64,000 nucleotides of DNA from Ramazzottius varieornatus (taxonomy: Eukaryota; Animalia; Tardigrada): positions 1,209,378 to 1,273,377 of the forward strand of contig BDGG01000014.1 of the NCBI GenBank assembly GCA_001949185.1, read 5' to 3'. Shown piece by piece: positions 24,608 to 37,180 of the stretch. Each line of letters begins with the position of its first letter. The stretch's first letter is position 1. The translations under genes and the position numbers were made by a program. The notes below the pieces were generated by a model. The model worked only from the letters and a program-made list of their open reading frames with translations. It ran no database searches and was not told the origin of the DNA.

Positions 24608-27600
24608 ATGGCAGGTGCCGATGGAGGAAGAAAGAGTCCCGTCGACGTCCCTTCGATGACTCTGCAGGAACGGAAATGTCGCATAACCCAGCTGCGCGAT
24701 CTCTTCATCTTTTGGCACTGGAACATGTGGAACACTGAGACCAACGATACAGCCAGCAGCTACACCGTCACTGCGCCATTGGCCGAGGAAGACGCGAAGA
24801 TCGGTCGGACGGAAGCTGAGCACAAGTTCCGCAACCGCGAAACCTGGTCGGGCAAATTCGAGTTCTTCCTGTCATGCCTGGGATACTGCGTCGGATTTGG
24901 CAACGTAACGCGAACACACCTTCATTTCTGATGAAACAAAGCAGCAAAGTACTGTAACCGCGAAGAATGTGAGACATGCTCTGTGCTTTTTCTTGTAGAT
25001 TTGGAGATTTCCTTTCCTGGTGAGTCAATCAATCGCAGCTTGATCAATCAAGCGAACATCGGGTATGGTACTAACTGTGTATTGTAGTTCTCCAGATTGG
25101 CGGGCCAGAGGGTGAGTCTTCTCGGCAGGTTTGAGTCGGCGCCTGACTGAAACTTGTACCTCGCGACCTGCCAGTTTTGGGACTTCTCATTTGAATGTCG
25201 ACTTTTAATATCCCTTGGCGCGGATTGCTGTCTGAGCGCATGCTGAATATTTCTCTTGTCTGCTTTCAGGTTTACCGCAATGGAGGAGGTGGGTTTGGAG
25301 AATATTTTAGCATAGTTACTTTTCTCGGCACAATGCCTACTAGTCAGTGTGTTCACCGTTCACGGTGACGATAGAAGCACAGACAGGTGATGCGGTAATC
25401 GATCATGATGCAAAAAGTTGTCGAATCATCGCATATTGCGTACTCGGCAATTATTGACAAAAGAATCATGAATATTGACGAGCCATATTTTTCTCCATGA
25501 AGTTCTAACAGCGAACTCTATTGGGACTGATGCCTGTTTGTCGTTGCAGGTGCATTTCTAATCCCTTACATAATCTTCCTGTCGCTATGTGGAATACCCT
25601 TAGTCCTTATGGAGATGGCCATGGGGCAGTTCTCCAGCTTGACCGCCATCCACCTCTTCGGCAAATTCAGCCCGCTCTTCAAAGGAGTGGGCTATTCCAT
25701 GGCCATCATCTCATTCTTCGTCTGCATTTACTACAGTGAGTCCGTCCGGCAAAATCAGAAAGAACGAAATAGAAATGGAGACAGGCTTGTCAATTCATCG
25801 AACCGGACAAGGAACTGAGCCACAAAATTGCTAAATGAAAACTTACAATGCTTAGACGATAGTTTATTAGGTTTCCGAATGTCTCTCTTTATAGAGCGAG
25901 TTAAAGATGGTTTACTGTTTGCAGATACGATTATGTCCTGGGTTATCTACTATTTGTATTCGTCCTTCAGCTGGGTTCTCCCATGGACAGTCTGCGACCC
26001 CGCTTGGTACTTTGTGTTCTTCCCGATTGCAAGTCTAATGTCGTTACCTTGCTTTCTTATTTTCGGTGTAGGGCTTCGGCAAAGTGCTTCGCTCTGAACC
26101 ACACCGCCCATCCCATCAACCTCTCTCTAACCAACGTCACGCTGGTGAGAAATAACGGAGAAAGCTCTGTCGGGCTGGACAAGGAAGACCGCATGCAGAT
26201 TCCGGCGTCGGAAGAGTTTTGGAAGTGGGTTCTAGACCGTCTTTCCGTGGTCAGACAAGACGAGTCTGATATACGCCCTCTATTTAAGCGTAACTTCTTG
26301 GTGCGATCTAGTAGCCTGATATCTGTGTTTTTCTGTTTAATTTTAGCCGTCATGTGCTACGCTTATCGACTGGTATCGACGAAACTGGGTCGTTACGACC
26401 GGAATTACTCCTCTGCCTAGCTATCGCCTGGATCAGCGTCTTTCTCTGCAGTTTTAAAGGTTAGCAATGTTGAATGAGAACATTCCGATAATCTATGAAA
26501 GATATGGGTGAACATTGAATGGAACCTCGGCATACAAAGGCGACAAGACCGCTTTATAGGGTAATCTCCCAAACCCCCCAAACCTACGGTTTCAGCCAAC
26601 AACACTGACAATGTGCGCCACTGTCGGGAAATAATTTGATTGAATTTGTTTGCCGAGCTCCCGTTTGATATGTGTCCATATTAAGATATGAACATGCAAT
26701 AGTTGTAACTGCTGCTGTGTTCACCAGGTATTCGAGCTTCGGGAAAAGTGGTTTACGTGACGGCAACCTGTCCCTTTATCATGCTGATTGTCCTCTTGAT
26801 TCGTGGCTGTACACTTCCGGGTGCCATGCAGGGCATCTGGCTCTTTCTGTGCCCAGACTTCTCCCGTCTCAAAGATTTTCACGTAAGCGCAACCTTACCT
26901 CGAAACTAGCGTGAGCTTTTGCTGCCGGAAGTCCTTCCTATGTTGGACTTCTTTGCATCGATAGGTATGGATTGATGCGGCTATGCAGATATTCTACGCC
27001 ATGGCTCCCGGCTGGGGTGGACTCTTGTAAGACTTCATGGTTACGTTGATCGCCAGAATCGAGCTGGTGTACGGTATAACGTTCTTTCGCTTTTCTGTAG
27101 GAGTTTTGCTTCGTATAATGACTTCCACGTCAACGTCTACCGCTACGGAGTGGCTATTCCTATCGTCAACTTCTTCACCAGCATGCTTTGTGGCTTCTCG
27201 GTCTTCTCGGTGGTAGGCTTCCTGGCCCACCAAAGTGACACGCCGGTCGATCATGTCGTAGCACAAGGTGATACAATCCCCCAGTCAGTTCCATAGCGCA
27301 TCATATTTCAACCGGAAGTCTGTGTTTGCTCCAGGTCCAGGCCTAACCTTCATCGCCTATCCCGAAGCCCTTTCGCAGCTCCCTTTTGCGCCGGCGTGGG
27401 CTGTCCTGTTCTTCTTGACACTCTTTACCATCGGCATCGACAGCCAGGTATGTCTGAACGCTGCTCGCATTCACCGGAGACAGGTAAAACCGGAGACAGT
27501 GAGACATGTTTCACATACCTGCATACCAGAACAACGTTGTAGTGGTGCGGCCTAGTATATGTAGGTGCATGAAGGGTGTGAACAATTGGTTCGCAGACCT

Positions 27601-30003
27601 TCCGTTATCTTTTGTATCGTTTGTATGATGATGCTGAGACGCGGTTTTGTGTTGTTCGTAGTTTGGGATGTTCGAGACGTTCCTTTCGGCAATCTGTGAT
27701 GAGTTTCGCTTTTTGCGGAAGTATCGAGGGACCTTCACGGCCTTGTCGTGTCTAGTACTCTTCCTGCTTGGGTGAGTACCCTCTCTTCAAGTGTCATTCT
27801 TCCCTCATTCACGCTTCAACCTCATGTCCACTTTTTCCGACAGGATGATTTGCGTGACGGAAGGAGGAATGTACTGGGTGCAGATTATCGACTGGTACTG
27901 TGCCTTCATGACTCTCATGATCATCTGCATCGTCGAGTGCGTTCTGATCGGTTACATTTACGGTAAATAGTTGCTGGGATTGTTTACCGTGTTGAATGGG
28001 ACTGTGAGGAGAAGTTTTTCCTTAGGTGCCGATCGGTTCCGGCGGGACATTGCGCTGATGATTGGTCATCCCATCTGTGCTTTCTGGTCCATCTCTTGGA
28101 AGTACCTGACACTGGCCACCATCGCTTCCATTCTCTTCTTCAACTTTTACTTTCAAACTCCAATTGTCTACGAAGGCTACGTCTTTCCGAAATGGTCTGT
28201 CGCTGTCGGCTGGACACTGGCGGTAAGTTCAGCGTCACTCGGAATTCGCCAGTTTTCTACAGTTGAAGGTGCGCTATTTTCTATGGTTCAACTATAGAAA
28301 GACGGCAGTGCCAGCTAACGATTGCTCATCAACATGCACACAGTAACCACTGCCTTCAGGGCGGCACCTAGGTATGCAGGTGCACGGATGATAGCTGCCA
28401 GGCTTTCCAGATCTGTAAATTAGTACCAAGTTCGAAATTCTTGCGCTACGGTGGGAACTTAACGGAGCACATCTAAGTCTATAGTAGATTACAATTATGA
28501 GCAGGCTACAGTTAGGAATGAGCTGGAAGGATGATTCAAGCAACGAACTGCGGCCAAGTCTTGATTTCGTTGTAGAGCTTGGTGCCTGGGCAGTCGGTGC
28601 TGCCCATTTGACGATGGCCTTTCAGCTGGTAGGCCTTCTTCAGATGGCCTTTAGCCACTGCGTCGGCAATCAATGCCTTTGCGGCATTCATGGCCGCCGC
28701 TGTGGGAAGAGCGCTGGTGAAACTGCCCAGGAAGCAGATGCCGTAACCGGCGCTGTTGTAGTTCTGCGTGTGAGCTCCCACCACGCCCCAACCGCGACCC
28801 TCGAAAATTGAACCATCTCCGCCAATCAAGAAGCTATGCAAATTTCAAGGCTTAAAGTAGTTGGATCAGAAAGTGTAGTAGTGATGCATACGTACGAGTA
28901 GCCAATGTCGTCCCATTTGTTGGAGTCCATATGGTAGTTTTGGATGCCCTGCACCACCTTCTTGCCCGACGCCAAATCCGTGGAACTGGGTCCCTCGGAA
29001 TGGTGAATGAAGGCGTCTGTGGTGGATCAGTGAAACAAGGCAGCTAAGTGGGTAGCCGAGTAGAAGAGTAAGTGCGCAAATGGCTCAGAGTTGGACAGAG
29101 GACTTACAGGTAACGGGTTCGGCCAGTTTGCTTGGTGCGGATTTTGGTGGACGAGCTCCCCACTGCGCCCGCGTAACAATGTTACCCATTAAGAAATCTG
29201 AAAAGAGAAGAAAGCAAGCCAAAATATAGACAGACAGGAGGATACGAAAAGAGGTTTTGAAAGTGGACTGCGGAAATTAAGAGAGGAAAAGAGACTTTTA
29301 TATCGGTCTCCACAAATATTTTCGATTAAAACATCAGCTGACTGGAGAGGTTTTGAACAAGCCAAAGTCGAGATATCTACAGACGTTGCAAAATTCAAAC
29401 GACGAAAGCGGACTTGCGCTTACCATCTTCATCGCTTTGGGAAATATGGTTGGACACGATCATTCCCGGGGGCAACCGACAGTTACTTGTGCATTCAGCT
29501 AATTGGGATTAACCACGCGCGAGAAAAGCTTCAAGAGATTTCCCCTTGAAATGCGAAAGTGAGAACACCTTCTTGCGTGGTCGGCCATTCTTTAGCAGTT
29601 GTGTACAATAACAAGGCACTCATGTTGACTTTGATAAGCTATCACCAAGGTCGCGTATATATGAGTGACGTTGCGGTATGGTGAATACGAAGGCAGCCGC
29701 TCTTCTTTGCAGGTTTCGTCGTCCTTACCAATCCCCATCTACGCCGTCTGGAAGCTTTCTCGTTCGCCAGAAGCGACACTACTGCGGCGTATCAGTGCCA
29801 ACATTCGTTGTAGGCCGGAATACGGTCCGCTGCTAAGCGTCAACCGGCAGGCTTACCTCAAAGACTTGGCGCTCTGTCCGCCCAACTTCCCCGCCCGCCG
29901 ACGGCCCGAAGAAGACGACTTGTCGGCCGAAGGCGAACCGCTCTCCCCGGTCTTTCCTCTAGTCCAGTCCACCGCTATCCTCATCCCTCAACCCCAAAGA
30001 TGA
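24608..30003 (+). CDS. SLC6 sodium/chloride-dependent transporter, amino-acid (glycine/proline-like) subfamily, multi-exon; start codon uncertain (24534 or 24608)
   Basis: Motifs [85 protein letters not shown] and [12 protein letters not shown]. The last exon joins across the 28223-29712 intron. TM1 has Gly, not the monoamine-transporter Asp. Confidence 0.93.
28536..29189 (-). CDS. PGRP: Short peptidoglycan recognition protein, N-acetylmuramoyl-L-alanine amidase type; 3 coding exons, nested in the SLC6 intron
   Basis: Motifs [59 protein letters not shown] and TDCPG. The Zn-amidase residues (His, Tyr, His, Cys) are all present. Confidence 0.93.
29296..29302 (-). promoter_or_regulatory. TATA box of the nested PGRP
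   Basis: TATAAAA on the minus strand about 110 bp upstream of the PGRP ATG, with a CAGT initiator-like sequence about 30 bp downstream. Confidence 0.45.
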
Positions 30004-30090
30004 CACTGACCTCTCTTAAATTCGCCAATTTTTGCAATATGATAAATGAAGTTTTACCTTGTTGTTTCATCTTTTTTTCTTGATAGATTG

Positions 30091-33000
30091 TTTAGATAAA
30101 GCAGTGTTTATTCAAAGGTTTTCCAAATTTCGAGAAATGTAAGACAAAAAAAGAAGTCTAGCACAAGCTAGACTTCGTGGTTCCGAGTGTCCAAAATATA
30201 AAAGGTTTCTTCAAGACCAGGAGAGAATGGAAAGGTTCCCAAAACACAGGCAGCATTTCCTCTCTGTATTATTACAATAAAACACTGTCTAAGGAATTCT
30301 GACGATCTTCTTTCTCCCGTGTGGTCTGCAGCTCTTTTCCCGACTTCTCTGAGCAGACTCGCTGCCGAAGGACCGAAACTCCCGTAGGTCTCGACACCTA
30401 GGTTCCGATACTTTGTTCGCTTGAGATCTTCGGCTTTATTGCTGCTTAACCCGCGTTCTCCGCCGATCAACCAACATGGCTGTCGCACAGCGTGTCCACA
30501 CAGGTAACGTCCCAGACTAGGGCCGTACCTTGCTTCCAGGGAACAAGCGTCATTCCATCGGGCCGCTTCCGTGTGTCGTCTTCCAGTACAACGTTAGGCT
30601 CGGGTATTGCGTGGGACTGACAAGTAACCAGGGCACGGCGCAGCGATTCGGTCAGTGCCGAGTGCCGGCCACCACTGTACCTACAGCTTAATCCGTGTCT
30701 CCCGTAGACGTCAACCGTTGCTGAACATCTACAGGTGTGCGGTTCACAGATAGGCGCGCCCAGTCTTGGAACTACCGAAATTCGCAGACTGTCGTCATCG
30801 AGAAGGTTTCCCACGCAGGATGCGGGTAAGGCATTCAGCCACGCTCCTGACTCCTTCGTCGATACCGCCAACATTCTTGCCTTTTCCGTTGATACGCTCG
30901 CCTGGAGGACTTCGCTGAAGTTCTTTTCGACGATCGGAAGGTCCCAAGTGTGGTGGAACACGCGGAGGGCCGCTAGCGGAAGTTCGGTACCCGACACCTC
31001 CTTCACGATGTCAGCTCAGTGGCGCACAGTTCGTCCAAGTCGAAGTCAGCAACCATGGAGGTGGCCAGTTGCTCTGCGGAAGAAACAGAGGCTAAATAGG
31101 CCGAGAGGGCAATTTCTTCTGCTCGGCGGAGGCCAAGTCCACCTTTTGCGACTGGAAGGCTTGCTTGTTTCGAGACCGGTCAGTCATGTTGGTATTGGTA
31201 ATCTTTGCGGCGCTGCAACGAATTACATCATCAAAGTCACGAAGTAAAGAAGGAAACTTCCACACAGGACTACATCGTAAAACGTATAACTTCGGCAAAA
31301 ATAAGCAGTTCTTCAACAAAAATAAAGCCTGATGGGCAGCTAGTTTTCCTTGTCTTGAAGCCATCGGCTCTCCTTGGCGAGTCTTCTCTTGTAAGACTGC
31401 TGGTACCGCTTCCGGAAGAACGGGAGCTCCAAGAATCATCAGTTCCACGCTGCTGAGAGGAGTGACAGTCGGGGAGATGGCTTTTGCGTACGACTTGGTT
31501 GACAGCTGTTCCTTGTTGCTACCGCCAAAGACGAAGATCTGACACTTTTCCATGTTCAGTTCAAGGCCAAGATCCGCACACCGATCAGCTACCCGCTGAA
31601 AGTCTTCAGTCACCCTGTCGCCATCCCCTCTAATCGTAGCATCATCGAGATACAAGTTGAAGGCGGACTGCAAGGACTTGGAAAGATCTTTGGTCACCAG
31701 ACAGAAGAACAGAGGTCCCAAAGGGTCTCCCTGCTGGACTGCACGAGCTGACTAAAGAATCTAGTCTCCGGAGATGAGGTTGGAGGGCTGGCTGTACATC
31801 TGGGGAGCGAAGTGGAAGAACTGCGGCATAGCTTTCTTCGCTTCCGCTAATAACCTGCCACGAAAAATAGTGTTAAAAGCATTTTTGAAGTCAAGCTTCG
31901 GCAAAACTTGACATTCAGCGCCGTTTCTTGACAGGAAAAGGCGACCTGCGTGGACTGCAGCTTCTGCACCGCGTTGAGCTCTGTAGCCGACTAGCTCTGG
32001 TCGAAGCTGTGCGCCCATACTAACAACTTTACCAGTCAGGCGACGTAGAGTGCAGCCAACCGCGATAGGACGTATCCCACCATCCTTCTTGACCAAGGCG
32101 GCCAGGGATGCACCGTACAGGAAAGGGCAGATTCCGGCTGGCACCTTCCCGTTTAGCATATGAGTAGTTAAAGAGGGTAGGGCTTCCAGTAATTCCGTTG
32201 AAATGACGTCATTTAAACCAGAAGTCATGTCTTTCAGGTGCGGCGGTCTCAGTCCGTCAGCCCCACCAGCAGATCCATGCGGGAAACTGAAAATGGCGAT
32301 GCGGATTTCCTGGGCTGTTACCGGAGGGACGGCTGGAACGTCGTCATCCATTGGCTCATCAAGGGCTGGCTGGTTTATCGGATGTTTCTTCCGGAGAACC
32401 TCCAGAGTTTCTGTGGCTCTTGGAGCTATCGAATCTCCCGAGGCAAGAGTCCGCACCGCGCCACTAATGTCTCCCTCGCTAAGTGTGGCTTTTACCCTTT
32501 TTCTCGAAGATCGGTATCGCTATTAGGAGGCTTCTTCCGGCTGGCTTTCTTCACGGGAAACTGTTCGGATGCTTGTGGACGACTGATGTTGGCTTTCACG
32601 ACCGAAGTAAGAGACTGTTCCCCTCGCAGGGACTCGTCACGCTGGGCAAGGGCTATCGAAGGAAAGCAAAGGAACTTACACCAGGACTCTTCGTCGTTCT
32701 TCTGATAACAGTCTCTAAGCAGTTTCAGAAAGGCAGCCGCTGCCGCTGGTCTAGCGCCTTTGGGGATCCGGCGAATCGTTGTCGAGGACTGGAAACATCG
32801 GAGTGGCTTGTTTTCCTGGCTTTCCTGAGACACTTCGGCCGGATGCTGTGCGGCTTGCTGTCTGGAAAGCTTGATGGCACGGTCTTTGCAGGACTGGCTG
32901 TCTCTGTGCTTGTTGGGACCACCTTGAGTCTTTGTTTTCTTGTCGCATAGATCACACTCGAACGTCGCTTGGCTGGCCATATGGCTGAAAGGAAACCAAC

Positions 33001-33209
33001 TACCCCAGAAAACAATACTGTGACTCGTGGAGGTGAGACTCCACGTACGGGGATACCTGCAGGGAGATCGAAACTCCCTGCAGGGTAGCCTGATGCACAC
33101 AGAGCACCCCTGTGTTATCCACCGAAGACACGGTAGGTAACTGCTCTGGTGCCACCGCTGTTCAGGCGGAAATTGGGTAGGAGCACAGAGAAAACGAGCG
33201 ACGACGATT
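30091..33209 (-). mobile_element. CRE-clade non-LTR retrotransposon (zinc finger + RT + restriction-like endonuclease), near full-length, frameshifted
   Basis: N-terminal CDLC..H, RRIPKGAR. RT motifs GGIRPIAVG, LDFKNAFN, QQGDPLGP and YLDD. RLE region C-R-C...HGLSC, RPDG, WDVT. AATAAA at 30107-30112 (minus strand). Candidate TSD TAGATTG at 30084-30090 and 33210-33216. Confidence 0.85.
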
Positions 33210-33884
33210 TAGATTGATTTTTCTGTCTCCTTTGCCGTTAGCGAGCTCAGGGATTCCTCAGGCCGCTGGTAAGAGTCGAATATTTGCTACCGGTTGGATT
33301 GTAAGGGATGGTTGTTGTGATCCGTCCAAATGTCATGGTTCCTGTGTTAAGTGCTGATTCTCGCTTGATTGATTGATATTCGGTTTGACGAAGACTTCTT
33401 TCTAAAAGGTTATCTGTAAGACAAAGTGTGGATCATGTGTCACGACGCTGATTTGTTGATTTGTGGTCAGTCAATGACAGAACCTGGGTTGGACAGAATG
33501 TGGCAGGTGGGATGAAGCTGTGCGCTGAACTTGTGCCTCATCGTCATCGTAAAGAAGTCATCGTAAAGAAGTACCAGATCGGGTAATGATGGGGATCGCT
33601 TAGCCGTGATTTACGGCGTTGTCGGCCTAGTGACAGTCTGGTCCAGCGCTTTGATCCCGCCCAATAACATCTTCCCACTTATTCTATCAATTTAGTCTGG
33701 ATATTTGGGTGCGTTGCACGTTGCGCAAAAACCGACCAGTCCCAAATTTTTTTGAAGTGACCATCTCGAGCTCTCAATATAGAGAAGGCGCCATCTTACC
33801 ACATTAATAAGTTAGAAGCAAGTCGGTTGGTGATATCTTTTTGTCCATATTGGTAGTGACAGTTCCAGTACCCGCGCCGCCGAC

Positions 33885-34420
33885 ATGGCGAAGCGCTGTC
33901 TCTTCTTTCTGATTGTTCCCGCCATTTCTGCCATCGCATGGGAAGTTCAATGTGTCCCCAAGTTCAGCACATCAGCAACCGAAGACAACCTCGTTGGTCA
34001 TCCTGAACATTTCGATCTCGGTAAATGGGTTGACACAGAATACTACCGGCACGATGAGGAAACTTTGGATGCGGCGCTGAAGGACGACATCCTTTCCGGA
34101 TCTGCGTCATGATCAGGACAAGTCCCTCACCAACCTCTCCGATGGCTGCTATGTCACCACGGTTGGCCATGATTTACAGTCCGTTGGGTACGCGTACGTG
34201 GGCCACTCCAGCCAAGCTTCCTTCCAAAGTCAAAAGGCCGATGGGCATCTCCTTGATCAACAGTCGCTGCAAGCCTCCCATGTGCCCCATGCTCGTGGAA
34301 AGTCCTGCCGCCTGTGATGAAGTTCACTGCACACCGATCTTCGGACATCGACTTCTCCGTCATCAACTTTCAGGACGATCAATTGCACACCGCTACACCA
34401 ATTCACACCGCTTGCTAAAA
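33885..34420 (+). pseudogene. Small secreted protein (or frameshifted remnant), family uncertain
   Basis: Good Kozak context (gccgacATGG), signal-peptide-like MAKRCLFFLIVPAISAIA, and FDLGKW. The ORF stops at 34112, but coding-like sequence continues in other frames. Confidence 0.35.
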
Positions 34421-34602
34421 GCCAACACTAAAACTAAAACCGAAATCGAAATCGATAAGCGCAAAGCTAAATTTCACGCTTGAATGTTCAACGTTGAAAG
34501 ATTTTAAATTCCTTAGTTTATATTTCAGATTTAAATTGACATAACTTAAATTTGTTTACAAAACTTCGAAGATTTTGAATTAAACCGATTAATTTTTCGG
34601 TA

Positions 34603-34770
34603 CAGACAAGGACGTATTGAGGTCCCTGAAAGGTCCGCAATTTGGCCCTTTTTGTACGAAGCTTTTACGGAATGTCAGTCCGGGTTGTGGCGGGCACGGT
34701 CCTGACAGGCAAACATCGTAGAAAAAGGGCCAAATTACGGACCTGTTAGGGATATCAATACGTCTTTGGG
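34603..34770. mobile_element. MITE-like inverted-repeat element
   Basis: Imperfect arms of about 55 bp (gacgtattga..ccct..aggtccg.aatttggccctttt / reverse complement), flanked by TA on both sides. Confidence 0.65.
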
Positions 34771-35255
34771 TACAGAGAAGGGCACAGTGAGCAAACTGCC
34801 GACGTACGAAAATGCCTTCCATTCCATACGTGTGAGTTTGTCTGAACGCCGAGGAGTCTCGGGTTGAAGATGGACGGAACGTTGGTGGCCGAAGTTGAAG
34901 AGCTGCAGACCGTTCCGCAGGGACGAATGGCTCTTAATTCATGTCAATGCCTTCTGCGGACACGATGAGGAACTGCAGTTGGACGACGATAGTGCACCAT
35001 CACATCCATCACTTACAGGCCGCAGTCGCCATCAACTACGCATCGACCCAAACCCAAGTCAACCTCGCATCCAACTTCATCTGCAATAACTGCCGAGCCC
35101 AACCAAGAGCCAAGTGAGGTAACTACCACATCTGTATCAAAGGAAGAGACTACCGTTAGACTACCGCACTTGGGGTCTGGACAGTCCGATGGATATTCCA
35201 TTGCGTGATTAGACCTATCTAGACGGCTTTGAAGCAAGAGGGGAGAGGCGTGACA

Positions 35256-37180
35256 TTAGTAGATGTTGGGACAGGCAGACCAGTCGCCTTTCCAATAATC
35301 TTCGGTAAATAGCCACTCTTCAGTGCCCGTCATCTCATCCTTGTCCAGCTTGAACCACAAGGCTTCCCAAGCGCCGTCGCTCTTGCTCCTGCTCAGCCTC
35401 TTCATCATTTCCCGCTGCTTGTCCTCCAAACGGTCCTTCTGAAGCGCGGCCTTCTCTACAAACCAGCAAACTCCATCAATAAAGAAGCTGTACAATGGCC
35501 TCACGCATAGTAATGTAGCTGTCTTACCAAGGTTGCCGTTTTCCAAAGCCCGAATATCGGGACGAAAGCGACTGTCGGTGGGCGGCAAGTTCTTGTGTAG
35601 GTCTTCGTTCAGCTCGTTCATGGCCATAGCCAGCAGTGTGAAGCCAAAATACTATTGGGAAGTAATGCCTTTATTCAAAAAGAGCCTGCAGAAGAATAGC
35701 GTAAACAAAAGGGGAAGGTGTCGAACCTGTGAAGCGTAGGGAGGTCGAGGGTTGTGCTGCCAGAGAAGCTGGCACTGGGAGAGACTGTGCGGGCAGATCG
35801 ACGAGTCCTTCAGCAGGCGCTGATACGTGGGTATATGACAGCACCATAAGCTCTCGGTCCATTTACCCAACAGGGCCTTCACCTTCTTTCCACTACAAAG
35901 CCAAAGCTCGATCATTGCTTTGCGGTCCACCGAGAGGCGGCAATAAAGCAGACAAAATGGTGGCAGTTCGATGCGTCTAACTTTGGATCGAGAAGGAAGC
36001 CGTTGACCTTGTGAAGCTCCTTGTTGGTCCTATTTGACTGCAGGTAGTTGAGCGTAACCGACAAACCATTGCTTCTGTTTGTTATCACAACTGTTCCATA
36101 CTACAAGTATTGATGCAATATCTGCCATGAGGTTAGACGTGTACAGTGAAAACAGCTCATCTGACCTGTTCGATCCACATCTTGCCAATGAGGATATTGT
36201 TGATGTGGGCGTTCAGCGTGGTCCATGTGTATGTCTCCTCGAACCTTCAACGAGAAAACCTTCCACGGCCGAAGCTACAAGAAGAATATCCATAGAGCGC
36301 TCATTTACGGTTTGAGCTGCAGTGTGGCAGTGGCATGCGGTACCACTTCCAGGGAGTTGCCCCAGCATTTGATCTTGGGACGCATGGACCCGTAAAAGTG
36401 CCACAAGTCACTAGCGGCGTCGTAAGCTGAGATGGGCGGATGGTGGGAGACTTGTTCGCAAACCATGCGGTAATTTAGCTGCGGCCTAGGGGGCAGATTC
36501 TACAAGAAAGGTTGGCTAGTTGGGCAGGTCAAGAGTGCTATTTACTGAGAGAATTCGAAGGTTTCTCCCAGCAATGGATTGAAGGGCTTGCCGCTGCGGT
36601 CCACATGAGAAGCTGTAGCGGAAACGACGAAGGCGGCCACCAACAGCATTCGTTCCATCTCGTCGTCACAAAGCGCCGCCTGAAGAAAAGTGACCACATT
36701 ACTGAGACATGATCAAATAACAACATGATCAAAGTGGTGCCTACTTGGTCGAGAAGGTAAGAATATTCCATGTATTCGCACAGACGCTGGATGAAACTGA
36801 GAGGTTCGCTAAACATGACAGGCACCGTCATTTTTGTCAGGTCCTGAAAGGAAAGCCCACAATGATGGAATGATGGACAGATCTCACTTCCGCCTTCCTT
36901 CTGATGTCACGGTGTAGTCTTGGGAGAACCGTTAAGGGAGGCAATACTGACTGATCGACTAACCTTGCCGATGAATTGCTTCAACAAAGTCCAGACGCTA
37001 AAGTCAGCTCGCGAGAACTGAGGTACTGGCAGAAGAGTCCTGTTAAAAGAGAGTTTGTCCTTGTTCAGGTAGAGATCACAATTAACACTAGTAGAATGAT
37101 CTGCTGGAAACTTACCTTCCACCAAACGGTGAGCGGCTTTCTTCACCTTCCTCCACTTCCTTATCTCGCGAAGAGTCCAT
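35256..37180 (-). CDS. Oxysterol-binding protein-related protein, short ORD-only form (OSBPL1/OSBPL2-like); 5' end uncertain
   Basis: Motifs [45 protein letters not shown], the signature EQVSHHPP, LPPTDSRFRPDIRALENG, and the C-terminus CPNIY. Confidence 0.9.

Noticed and set aside
33543-33572. 14-bp tandem duplication gtcatcgtaaagaa x2
   Set aside because: Simple slippage duplication with only two units. It is not an array.
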